Shown here: in pieces, positions 40,436-51,775 of the stretch | Layout: each line of letters starts with the position of its first letter | How positions within the stretch are numbered: position 1 is the stretch's first letter | NCBI RefSeq assembly: GCF_964355755.1 | Contig: NC_092672.1 | Location: 32,432,437 to 32,496,436 of the forward strand | Origin: Antedon mediterranea | Taxonomy: Eukaryota > Animalia > Echinodermata | Reading direction: 5' to 3' | Length of the DNA: 64,000 bases | Made by a program: the position numbers and the translations under genes | Notes under the pieces: generated by a model | What the model saw: only the letters and a program-made list of their open reading frames with translations | What the model was told of the DNA's origin: nothing | The model's database searches: none

Positions 40436-41420
40436 TCACATAGTTTTGATTGGATCAATAAAATAGAAGGTTACTTTTAAAATATTAACAAAAAATAGTT
40501 ATAGTAGCAAACTAATACTAGTATTGTAATTAAAAATAAATTAACAGGCATATATATAAATATAAACAAAAACAGAAAAGAAATTGAAGAAAAACTTGTC
40601 TTGGAAAATCTAATTTAGGCCAATAAATGATACCGTTAATCTGGCTTTCAGTAACAAATGAGATTTAAATTTCTTTTTTTTTCAAACGGATGCTAAAAGG
40701 GAAATTCCCTCATAGATTTGAAAAAAGTCAATCTCCTATAAAATGAGGTGTCATCACTATCTTCAAACCTAGCTAACGTAAGGGAATATTTTTAATAATG
40801 TTTTTTTGTTATGTTTTGTTTATTTGTATTGTAGCTTTGGCCAAATGAAAAATATAGAAAAATATTGACTGACATGGTTTGGTCAAGTATTTCAAACTCT
40901 CTTTATCATTTTATGACCGTTTTGAATATTAGTACAAAAATAGATGATGCATGAAGAATAATAATACTTATATAATGAATAACAGCATCGCGTGAAATAG
41001 TGATATCTGTGTAGCACACATGAAAAGGAAATTGCAAAATTAGAAACGTTATCTATTAAAATTGACGTGTAACCACAGCAGAAACTTGAAAATGAATTCA
41101 CAGAAAAGTTCAAAAACAATAACTACTTCCCAGTCATTCACGCAAAAAGAATTCTTCTGTTTAATTTCAATTTTTCTTTACAAATTTCTCATTACTGAAT
41201 GACTTTGCAAACAACCTCATCCATTTGTGGAGTGTACTGGATTTTCAGAAATACATTTTAGGAGCTATGGCAGACCTCCCAAGTGTCTCATATTATTTTA
41301 AGTGATGTGATGTCTCCTACTACTGTGGTGTAATTCTTCTAATCTGACTATTATTATAAAAGAAATACACATAAATATCTCAAAATTTCAGAAATTTACA
41401 ATTTAGGTACAGCATACATA

Positions 41421-41564
41421 AGCTCTGTCTACACTATCAAACTTTATGTGACAAAAAAATGTGATGTGATATATGGACATGATGATGTCATATCACTACC
41501 ATATTTGGGCATATTACTACCATATTTGAGCACACACAACTAGTTTGATAGTGTAGACAGAGCT
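41421..41564. mobile_element. MITE family A copy
   Basis: Both TIRs intact. Confidence 0.85.
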
Positions 41565-41903
41565 TAAAGCTCTGTTGGTGATTTTCCACCTTTAGTCAAA
41601 AAAACATATTCCATGCTTAGAAAGTGCTTGGACTACTCATTGTTCAGTATAGATGCTGATGTCTTTTTTTAAATAGCACCCTCTATGTTTGGATGGGTTT
41701 CTGTAAAATTACAGCACCCTCTATAGCTTGGCCAGCTTTTATAAAGTTTCCAGATATTTTATTTTATTAAATGGCAGTGAGTGGCATAGATGTTCAGATG
41801 AAAATAAAATATCTGCCTGTGTTTCTAAAAATAAGTTAATGTTAATGTTATGTATCACTGATTTAAAGTATGGGTTTTGAGATTTTAATGGCTGTTTAGG
41901 CCT

Positions 41904-42034
41904 ATGTGAAAAAATGTGATTTGACTAAATGGACATGATGATGGAATAGCATTACCATATTTGGGCATATCACTACCATATTTAGGCACATTACACTTTT
42001 TTTTGTCAAACTAGTTTGATAGTGTAGACAGAGT
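41904..42034. mobile_element. MITE family A partial copy
   Basis: Internal repeats plus right TIR. Confidence 0.75.
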
Positions 42035-42605
42035 TTTATATACAGTGGATTTGTTGACAATTCTATGCAAATAATTATGCTACTTCTGCAAAAAAAATTG
42101 TTGAAAATAGAATCAATTATGATCTCTCTTTTTCTACTGGCTGTGTATGACTCAAATCTAAAATATGATATAAATAACACAAGACGTGATTATTACAAAC
42201 TATTATTTCAAATTCTTATCTTTTATGTGAAACACTTTGAGAAATCTGTTAATGTTGAATACCGTTAAAAGAAAAATGTCACATAATTTGTGTAAATCAT
42301 GCCGTTAGTTGTCTACATAGGATTTATGTTCGTGCGTCATTCAACGATGAACTTAACATTCAAAGGCCTTGAGTTTTAAAACACTAAAATACATCATTTC
42401 TAAGACATTCAGAAATTACATTGCTAATTACAGAAAGTTTTAACCCATGCTTTTAAACCCAAATCTTGTTTATGAAGTTTAGATATTTTTTTTTGTCATA
42501 AAAGGTACCTTGGCATGATTTGACTTTGATAGATAAGGGAGAATTTAAACCATCTTTTTGATCCATAAATGATAACTTTGAAATAGTTCAGTCAAATTAT
42601 TTCCA

Positions 42606-42925
42606 GTGATGTGGTCCTTAAATAGGACTTTGTATTTATAGAATGACCCTGATAAGTTGAATTAAATGGACATGTGCTTTGGTCCTATATAGGGGCATTT
42701 TTGTGATGTGGTCCTTAAATAGAACCTTGTATTTATAGAATGATCCTGCTAAGTTGAATTAAATGGTTTGTACTGTGGTCCTATATAGGGTCATTTCTGT
42801 GATGTGGTCCTTAAATAGGATCCTGTATTTATAGAATAACCCTGATAAGTTGAATTAAATGGTATGTGCTTTGGTCCTATATAGGGGCATTTCTGTGATG
42901 TGGTCCTTTAAATAGGATCATGTAT
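42606..42925. repeat. 96-97-bp tandem repeat (3+ units)
   Basis: GTGATGTGGTCCTTAAATAG... at 42606, 42703, 42799 and 42895. Confidence 0.92.
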
Positions 42926-43365
42926 TATGAAATTGGATCCAAACTGTAAGTACAGTAGATACAGTACAACCAATAGTTTGAAAACACTTGTTATTTCTCC
43001 AATTTAATTTATGAAGCATATCGCTAACGGGGGACGATTAAAATCCAATCACATTTACGTAAGCAAAGTACACGTATTAGCGATTCCCTGAACCGCACCA
43101 GACACATTTAATTTAATGTACGTGGTAAAGGCACACTCTGATACTACGACTTATGTTGCTAAGTTAATAACGATGATATAGATTATGTAAAAACTAATGA
43201 GTTTGACTGAGTCAGCACGTACAAGAATTCCCAAAAGAAAAAAAACCATGGTCAATGACTCTTACAGTTTGGTTCATTACGTAATGTTCAAAACAATTAT
43301 TTTCTAATTATAGGTACTTCTATTCAGGGGACATCCCTAATAATTGACAGAAACAAGAGGAACAA

Positions 43366-43507
43366 AGCTCTATATTATACCAAACTAGTCTGACCAAAAA
43401 AAAGTGTTATGTGCCCAAATATGGAAGTGAAATGACGTCATATGTACATAACTGATGGGTATATCACATTTTGTTGTCACTTAAAGTTTGATAGTGTAGA
43501 CAGAACT
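43366..43507. mobile_element. MITE family A degenerate copy
   Basis: Degenerate TIRs and internal sequence. Confidence 0.7.
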
Positions 43508-43841
43508 TAACACTATGGCTAAACCGTACACAGTAGGCCTACATCAATTCATTATCTATAACTTGTTCCATTAAGTGAGTCCTTAAGATTTTCCGGGTTC
43601 CCTATATTGTCATTTACAGTATTTCAAAAGTGATTTAAGTTCATTATAGTACAACTTGTTTTGTACGCATAGATTCATATAAACAGGATCGTGGGTAGTT
43701 TTCCCGATTACTGAAATGTAATTAATTCAGTGTACGCAATCTAAACAAACCAAAAGTTTCTTTACTTCTGGGACTAAGATTATAGAATTGAAATAATTGA
43801 GGAATAAGTGCAGAGCAAATTTCTGGTGAAAAAAACTTTAA

Positions 43842-43969
43842 AGCTCTGTCTACACTATCAAACTAGTTTGACAAAAAAAGTGTGATGTGCCCAAAATGGT
43901 AGTGATTTCTTGTCTATATATGGGAACATCACATTTTTTTGTCACATAAAGTTGATAGTGTACACAGAG
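43842..43969. mobile_element. MITE family A copy
   Basis: Left TIR intact, right TIR degenerate. Confidence 0.8.
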
Positions 43970-44169
43970 AATTTAAGGGAAACCGAGTTTAATTGGGTCA
44001 TGATATGAGCATACCAACAGCATCGACACGTCTTCAGGAAGAGTGGCTTATTTAGCCAAAATCAGCTACTATAGCTCTCTCTAAACTAGCTACTAGCTCC
44101 CTCTAAACCAGTTACTAACTATTTTTTTAATAGCTATGTTAGCAAAATATTGCAGTATTGCATTTATTA

Positions 44170-45352
44170 TATAGGTTCAAACCGGGACTATTTGAAAATG
44201 TTAAACATAGCCCCTTTAATAGCTATATTAAGAAAATGTTCATTGCGGTAGTAATTAGGTTCGACTGGAACTATCTGAAACCGTTTAACATGGCCCCTTT
44301 AATAGCTATAGTAAATTACATTAGGTTCAACTGGGACTATCTGAAACTGTTAAAGACCCCTTCCCTGCAATTTTGGACGTTTTTTGGAAAATAATACATA
44401 TCACTTTAAAAACATTAAACCATGTCATTCCGAGTCTTAAATGTACGTTTTATGGTAAATTATGATAAAAAGTGAGAAACAATGCACTACCGAAGTAGCT
44501 CGCGGCGATCGACCTCTCGTGGACGGTCTTAGGCCTAGCCTAGCTAGGTTTAGTTTTGTAGGCCTAGCTGGTAAACATCGATAACGTACGAACATCGTAC
44601 GCTAGCTATATACCTAGCCTGACGTTCTATAGTTGCTGCATTAATTGTCTTTCTATTTTTGCCAGACTCCGTTGATACAAATTGGGGAAAACCCGGTATT
44701 TTCGCTGAAAAGTTAGGAGTCTTCCATTTGTTTTGGCTTCACGATCGATCGAAAAGTGGGCGAATTACAGGTGAAAAACAAAAATATCATTCCGCACGCA
44801 ATGCATTTTGGGATTTATAGCGGGCCGCTATAATTATAGAATCGATTTATTTTTCACATTTTTAACCGTTTAAAGACAAAAAAAGTTATCGCAATAGGAC
44901 CATATAGTATTACTTTTACATTAAATATAGTTTGTGATCTTAAATTAGATCTAAAAAATGTAAGGAATGGGGCTTTAAACATGGCCCCTTTAATAGCTAT
45001 AGTGTATTAAATTGCATTAGGTTCAACTGGGACTATCTGAAACTGTTAAACATGGCCCCTTTAATAGCTATAGTGTATTAAATTGCATTAGGTTCAACTG
45101 GGACTATCTGAAAACGTTAAACATGGCCCCTTTAATAGCTATAGTGTATTAAATTGCATTAGGTTCAATTGGGACTATCTGAAACTGTTAAACATGGCAT
45201 CTTTAATAGCTATAGTGTATTAAATTGCATTAGGTTCAACTGGGACTATCTGAAACTGTTAAACATGGTCCCTTTAATAGCTATAGTGTATTAAATTGCA
45301 TTAGGTTCAACTGGGACTATCTGAAACTGTTAAACATGGCCCCTTTAATAGC
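44170..45352. repeat. 71-bp minisatellite interrupted by the Kolobok-like MITE
   Basis: Units ACATGGCCCCTTTAATAGCTATAG... at 44979, 45050, 45121, 45192, 45263 and 45334 (partial); degenerate units upstream of 44354. Confidence 0.92.
44354..44974 (-). mobile_element. Kolobok-like MITE, copy 2 (inverted, near-identical to 36460-37085)
   Basis: Reverse complement of copy 1 with few differences; TTAA TSD; inserted in a minisatellite. Confidence 0.9.
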
Positions 45353-45612
45353 AATAACAAAACATTACAGTATTCTGATGTTTAAGTTCAACGACTTGAA
45401 GCATGACAAGATTATATTTATTATAGGCTTCAAAAGATATTTCGTAAAATTAATTACTTAATTGTAAGCTGACGTCGTCCGAGCCAATTCAACTCAAGTA
45501 AACACATAACAGGAAAACATGTGGCAATTAGGAGATATTAAAAATTCATGAATTCCGTCAAAACAAAGTAAAACCAGTCCTAAACATATACCAAATGAGG
45601 TGTAATGTAATA

Positions 45613-45729
45613 TGCCCGTATATGGACATGATGATGTCATATCACTACCATATTTGGTCATTAGCACTACCATATTTGGGCATACCACAAATAATTTTGT
45701 CAAACTAGTTTGATAGTGTAGACAGAGCT
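45613..45729. mobile_element. MITE family A partial copy
   Basis: Internal repeats plus right TIR. Confidence 0.75.
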
Positions 45730-47269
45730 TAAAATGCAATTTAATAAATTTAATTTAACCTTTATTATACAATGATGAAGTGCGAGTCAACTTGGTAGAT
45801 ATTTTTGGTCTTTCTATTGTCAGAAAAGAATTATCTCTCATGGGCCTAAAATACCTACAGTATTTCCAATGCTATATTCATTATGACGATATATTCTCAG
45901 TAACATGGGAACATTCTATAATACACCATCTCATGTATATCACATGTGGTGCCTGTATTATGTAAAGTTAGGTTAAGGGTTATTATTATGTAAGCGTGTA
46001 TGATACTAGGGTTGTACATGTAAAACACATGTGATGCTGTATTATGGATTTTTTTATGACATACAGGAGAAATATAGATACAGTACTGAAGATCAGGTGG
46101 AATAAATGGGTAATTACACAAGATTTTTGTTTTAACCTGCCAGTTGGAATTCCAACGAATTTAATTTCTCCCAAAAGCAACATTTATAAACCTTAACTAT
46201 GACAAAATGCAGTATTAACTGTTAGACTTGTTTACGTTGAAAAAGAGTCTTTAAAACAACTGTTATGTAGACAAACAGATAATGGGGGCAGCAAACAGAT
46301 AAATGTCAAACATAATTCAAAATGAACTCTGCATGAACTATAGGATAATAATGTTATTTACTGGCAAAAATCTCCCAAAAGCATGCAGTACAAAAAATGT
46401 AATTCATTTGTCAACCTTACAATATAACACAAGGCTATAACCTAGAAAAAAAAGGCGTAAAATACAATCTGAAAGATTGTAATTACTGCCTGTGTAGCTG
46501 TGTTAACACAGACAAATCATGTTGACTGTTTATATTGATAGGTAGCCAGTGGGACACGTTCACTGCATGTGACATTTCTAGGAAAGCAAGCAGTTGTATA
46601 TAATCTATGAGGGAGACGTGTATTAGGTGACACAATAAATAGGTGCATGATTATATATTCGAGGAATTGAGTAGGAGTTGATGTTTAACAGTGTATTGGA
46701 TCGCTGTAAACAACTTGCCCTTTGAAAACTTTTAAATACTATTATTATGGAAAAGTATGTCACAACTTATTATATTGCAGTAGAATAGCTATAACTTCAG
46801 GATCCAGTGTGAATAGGGATTGTGTTAAAATATTATATTATCATTCATGAAAAAACTGTCTCTTTCTCCTGAATAATGTAAAAGAAAAAAATGTAGAAAA
46901 GAAAAAAATGTAATTGTACTTGTTATGTCTTTCTATAATCTAAAAAAAAAAATAAAAAATTCTAACTTTTGTAACTTATCACTGTTCATTATTATGCATG
47001 CATTTCTTTAATCATGGACCATTTGTAAGAACATTATTTTAATGAAAATGTCATCCATGTAAAATAAGTTTATAAATAAATAAAAATAAATAAATAGGGG
47101 TGTTCCAAAGAAAAGGTTTTACTGTACTTGCTTGGGTTTTGTTTGTATGATAGCGTCTATAAGTAATTGCCCTGAATTAGTTTTTGTAAATCAACATATT
47201 GATGATGTCACAAAAGCTTATTAAAATCTTATGTTTTCTGTATCTGTTAATATGGTCCACTATTAAGTA

Positions 47270-47904
47270 CAGTATATCCTCTGGTATAATCCCACGTGAC
47301 CCGCCAGAACACAAAATTGGGCCGACTTTGGGCTTATACCCGAGGGGTGGGCTTATACCCGAGGATCCAAAAATGCAGATCGTCAAAAACAGCACATAGT
47401 ACACTGTTCCACCATGCGAGCGAGCGCCCTCACGTGTACGACGTTGCGTCTAAATACACGAGGTGTAGAGTGTCTCGGAAATCAAGCTTATAGTTCGTGT
47501 AATTTATCGTAGAATATCTTATTTTAAACATCAATTGAACAAGAATTTATCAAGCAGAAAAGCAAGTATACAATGTTCGTTAAATAGAAATGTACCAAAG
47601 AAATTTAATAAGCTTGTTTATGGCAGCCGATATACAAAATAGTGGTTTTCCGTTTTGGCGACTTGTAGCGTCGTGTGTGAAGCGATCGTCGTAGCGTATA
47701 TTAGCCTAGCTTGGTTATGATCAAAGGTAGGTGTATTCGGTGCATGGACGTCGCCAAATACAAAATAATGTATTACGACACACACTGTAGATCTTCGAAT
47801 TAATGGGTGGGCTTATACCCGAGTGCCTCATTTTTCATGAAAATTAGTCAAAAGTCGGGGGTGGGCTTATACCCGAGTATGGGCTTATACCCGCGTCAGT
47901 ACGG
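47270..47904. mobile_element. Tc1/mariner-pogo-like MITE
   Basis: TA flanks; imperfect TIRs CAGTATATCCTCTGGTATAATCCCA / TGGGCTTATACCCGCGTCAGTACGG; subterminal GGGCTTATACCCG repeats. Confidence 0.75.
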
Positions 47905-48063
47905 TATATTTAGTAAGCAAACTGTAAATGTAATTTTAAATTTAAATACTTTTGTAATATTAGATACTTTGCTTAATTTAAAATCAATTGTATTCATCTT
48001 AAAAATTAAACTCAACAAAATTAAAATATACTGACCTTCGACATGCTATATCTCCACTTAATC

Positions 48064-48147
48064 TCTCTGTCTACACTATCAAACTTTATGTGACAAAAAA
48101 ATGTCATGTGCCCATATCTGGACATGATGATGTCATATCAATACTAT
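48064..48147. mobile_element. MITE family A partial copy
   Basis: Left TIR plus part of the interior. Confidence 0.75.
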
Positions 48148-48200
48148 ATAGGCCTATACTTAAAAATTAAATTCAACAAATTAAATAAAAACATACTGAC

Positions 48201-48467
48201 CTTCGACCTCATCTTTGGATGTAAAATGAATATGATCGCTCTGTTGATTAATCTCCATTCCATGAATGAATCTGATTGGTCCGTTTTGCATGTGGAACGA
48301 CACCATTGCTGGCCCAGTCACAAGTGGAACGCCTTCTAACCGCGGTAATGGAAAATTTGCGATGACTCCGATGTTGGTACCGACCCAAAGAGAGCCGTAG
48401 CACGCAAGCATGTGTGTTACTGTGATTGCTTGGCCTGATGGGAAATGTGTTTGAAGTTCACCAGTAG
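48201..48467 (-). CDS. ARHGEF10: ARHGEF10/ARHGEF10L-like RhoGEF, internal exon (C-terminal beta-propeller region)
   Basis: Acceptor ttttaaccgacag| and donor GAAG|GTCAGT; 267 nt, phase 1 to phase 1. Translation TGELQTHFPSGQAITVTHMLACYGSLWVGTNIGVIANFPLPRLEGVPLVTGPAMVSFHMQNGPIRFI fits the ARHGEF10/10L/17 family motif LxVGTxxGVxxxLPxPRLxGxPxVTG. Confidence 0.88.
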
Positions 48468-48656
48468 CTGTCGGTTAAAAGAAAAAAGTATGATTAGGAT
48501 ATGTAAACAAATTAGAATATTATTTATAATTAATGCTTTTTATTGTGTGTATTATTCTTCTTTTTAATTTTTTTTTGGAACATAAATTTAGTTAGAAAAT
48601 GATTTCTTTCAGAAAGAAACTTAAAAAAACCACAGAGACAAACAGTTAATCATACC

Positions 48657-49731
48657 CTATAGAAAAACATCTGTGATCCCGCCGAGATCCTGGTCGGGAT
48701 TTCGGACGAAAATATCGGGATCCCGATCTTATGATTACCCATCCCGTATCGGGTTTTTCGTCGGGATTCACGAAAAAATCTGGATTTTTGGTTAAGATAT
48801 CGAGATCCTGCTCAATGTCCCGATCTTTTGGGAATCCTGATTTTCTCATCTAAACATAAATCTTTTTTTTTATTTGTTATCTGCACTAGCTTATAAGGCC
48901 TACTCCAACCATAGTTCATGTATAAAACTGATATTTTCGTGGTTTTTATCGGAAAAGGGTTTTATCATTTAATCTATTTTGAAACATATTTGTATAATAT
49001 GAATTTTGGTGGCTTAATTGGTAATTGTGTAGATAATGTATCACATGATAACCCTAATAAGCAAAGATTCTAGATTTAATGTATGATAACACTATATTAT
49101 TATCACCATTTTCAGTTTACTACAATAACATTATCCTTAATTGCCTTGTGTAAACTAATTTTGAAGTAAACACACATAGGTGAGTGAGTGAGTGGCCGAG
49201 CGGTTAAGACAGTGGAACCGTAATTACGTAGCCATAACATCGGCAAGGGTTCGAGGCTCACTCACTCCATGGTTCTGGTGGTAGAACGAGTCTTCTCAAA
49301 TAAGGACTATAAACCGTAGGTCCAGTGTACACAACTAGCTCGTGTGCACTTTAAAGAACCTAGTACATCTTTCGAGACGAGTAGGGGGTTACCCCGATGT
49401 ATTAGTACATCACAGCCACTGATCACCAACTGGGTCCTCTGGGAGATCAGTCTTTGACTGAAGAGGTCACCTAGTATAAAAATGAATAAACAAACAAGAA
49501 ACAAACAAATTTTTGGTTGGGAAATTCAGTCGGAAATATCGGGATACGGACCGAAGTCCCGGTGTTGATTTTTAATCCTGATTACATATACTGTGCCGTA
49601 CCGGTATTTTAGACAGAAACAACCCTGTCAAATATCCCGTTTTATCAACGTCCATGAAAACAACAAGGTTTTTCACTCAGAGATATCCAGTTTCTGATTT
49701 TTTTTTATCGAGATTTTTGGTCGCGACCCTG
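48657..49731. mobile_element. DNA-transposon remnants rich in ATCCCG/CGGGAT repeats, interrupted by a SINE
   Basis: Repeated ATCCCGA motifs at both ends; hAT-like terminus GGTCGCGACCCTG at about 49730; matching left TIR and TSD not found. Confidence 0.4.
49180..49510 (+). mobile_element. tRNA-derived MetaSINE-like element
   Basis: A box TGGCCGAGCGG, B box GGTTCGAGGC, Meta-domain-like TAAGGACTATAAACCGTAGGTCC...GCACTTTAAAGAACC, (AAAC)n tail. Confidence 0.75.
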
Positions 49732-50029
49732 AATGCTAGAATTTCTACAGTAAAACATGGGACTTCATCGATTTGTTATTGGTTTACTTTTACATACTGT
49801 ACTACAATTTTCAGTTGTTTTTTGTTCAATACACGAGATGGTACGACCAAGTTCAGCTATTGTTTAGATACGTACATCGATAAAGGCTAGACACATTATA
49901 CTTATATATGATATCATTCTTATAAAGTCGATTTCACTACCATCACTAGATTCAGTTGTTTTTCATTAATGTTAATCAAAACCAGTTTTATAAGAACCTA
50001 TAACAAACAGTTTTTTTTTTAAAGTAGCG

Positions 50030-50722
50030 TATACTGAAAAGGACCTTGGAGTTACTTTTGATCAGTCTTTAAAATTTTCACTACATACGAATGAAGCTGT
50101 AAATAAAGCAAATAGACTCATTGGATTGGTAAGGCGATCTTTTGCTTACATGGATAAGGATATGTTCCTGCCCCTTTATAAAAGTATAATTCGACCTCAT
50201 CTGGAATACGCAAGCTGTATATGGTACCCTCTCCTAAAAGGTAATTTGGATAAGCTTGAAAGAGTGCAGCGTAGGGCCACTAAAATTGTCAATAAGTTAA
50301 GAGATAAATCTTACGATCAGAGATTAAAAGAGCTTGGATTACCTACACTGAATTACAGAAGAAGGAGAGCGGACATTATACAAGTGTTTAAAATTATCAA
50401 GGGCTTGGATGATATTGAAGCCGAAACCTTTTTTGACTTTAGAGCGGACAGTAGAACAAGGGGCCATCAATTCAAATTAAGAAAGCCAAGAGCCCGACTG
50501 AAAATCAGAAACCACTCCTTTTCATGTAGAATCGTTAACACATGGAACAATCTATACCACACTACAGTACAAGCAGAAAACATAAATGCATTCAAGGATC
50601 AACTAAACAAAGACAGAGCAATGGGAGATAAATTTTGCTACCAATTCTAGATAAATACAGAAGAAATGGAGGGCGTTTAAAAGGCATTTGCCTTAATCAA
50701 GAGCCCGAAGATTCAAGTAAGA
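50030..50722 (+). mobile_element. 5'-truncated CR1-clade LINE (end of the reverse transcriptase ORF plus 3' UTR)
   Basis: EKDLGVTFD..LKFS.H...KANRLIGLVRRSF...LYKSIIRPHLEYASCIW...LERVQRRATK...TRGH.FKL...RIVNTWNNL is diagnostic of the CR1 ORF2 C-terminus; frame uninterrupted to 50650. Confidence 0.92.
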
Positions 50723-51370
50723 TACATAAATATGTCTCCCGTTATAAAATGTGAAAGTGATACGGTGTCACTGATGACAATTTATTAGGTAAGAGACCAT
50801 TACTTCATTCATTGTTCATTCATTCATTTTTATTTGTCATTACATATTTGTTTATTTCATAACATTGTTGGGTTGTTGTTATTTCATTTTTCCATTTTCA
50901 AAAGTTTTTATTGGTTGGTTTATTAACCTTAATACTATTGATTACAAATGTTGAGTTTGTTTTTGTTCAAGATGTTATTGTTTTAATAGTAAGATGACCA
51001 AGTTGAGTTCTTTTAATAATATGTTGAGGGTAATCTATTGGTTTCCTAGCTGATGAGTGCACTGTGCTTGTTTAAATATGATAATATACTGTAGTATTCC
51101 TATTTTGTGCTGAAATGAGTTAAAGTTTTCCATATCTAAAATAAATCTTTTTGTTTAATTTGTTATCTGCACTAGCCTATAAAACAAATATTTTCTGGGT
51201 TTCTATAGGAACACTGTTTGTTATGTTATCGTTTAATTTATTTTGAACCATATTTGTATAATATGAATTTTGTGGCATAATTGGTAATTGTGTAAATAAT
51301 GTATCACATGTTGATGATATCCTTAATTGCCTTTGTAAGTAAACTTTACCCATCATGTGTTTTGTTATAG

Positions 51371-51444
51371 GATTTAATATTATTTGAGTTTTTAACTTTG
51401 AGTTGGTTAGATGCAAAAGATTCAACTGCATATTGTAAATTAAG
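51371..51444 (+). other. Putative non-coding leader exon of the Ig receptor genes; paralog ends at 63042
   Basis: Acceptor ttttgttatag| and donor TAAG|GTATGT at 51445. A paralogous block with TAAG|GTATGT lies at 63043, 440 nt before the copy-3 acceptor. Confidence 0.5.
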
Positions 51445-51775
51445 GTATGTGTTAACTTACTTATTTTTAATTTATTTATTTTTTAGGAATACAGTAGTAA
51501 TCAGCAGAATTTACGTTACATTAAAAAACAATTTATTATAAATATATATACAGGTAAAAAAGCATATAAAAAACAATGAGAAGAGGGATTTGAAAATTGC
51601 ATTACTAAATAATTTAGAAGTTCTATTATCATACAAATTTAAATGAAAGGACTAGTTAACTATAAAAACATAACAAATTTCTTAAATGTTTTTAGAGGAT
51701 TTTATCAGCAATTATATTTATTAATTAGTTATCCGCACTTGTTTTACTTAATTTAACATTACAATATATAACCAT

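Noticed and set aside
42606-45352. CRISPR-like arrays
   Set aside because: Eukaryotic tandem repeats with no unique spacers and no cas genes; the same applies to 4431-4684.
49180-49268. tRNA genes here and at 34438-34506 and 40365-40435
   Set aside because: A/B boxes are present but the cloverleaves are degenerate, and each continues into SINE body and tail.
50126-50650. Host gene of 174 aa
   Set aside because: It is the C-terminus of a 5'-truncated CR1 reverse transcriptase ORF.
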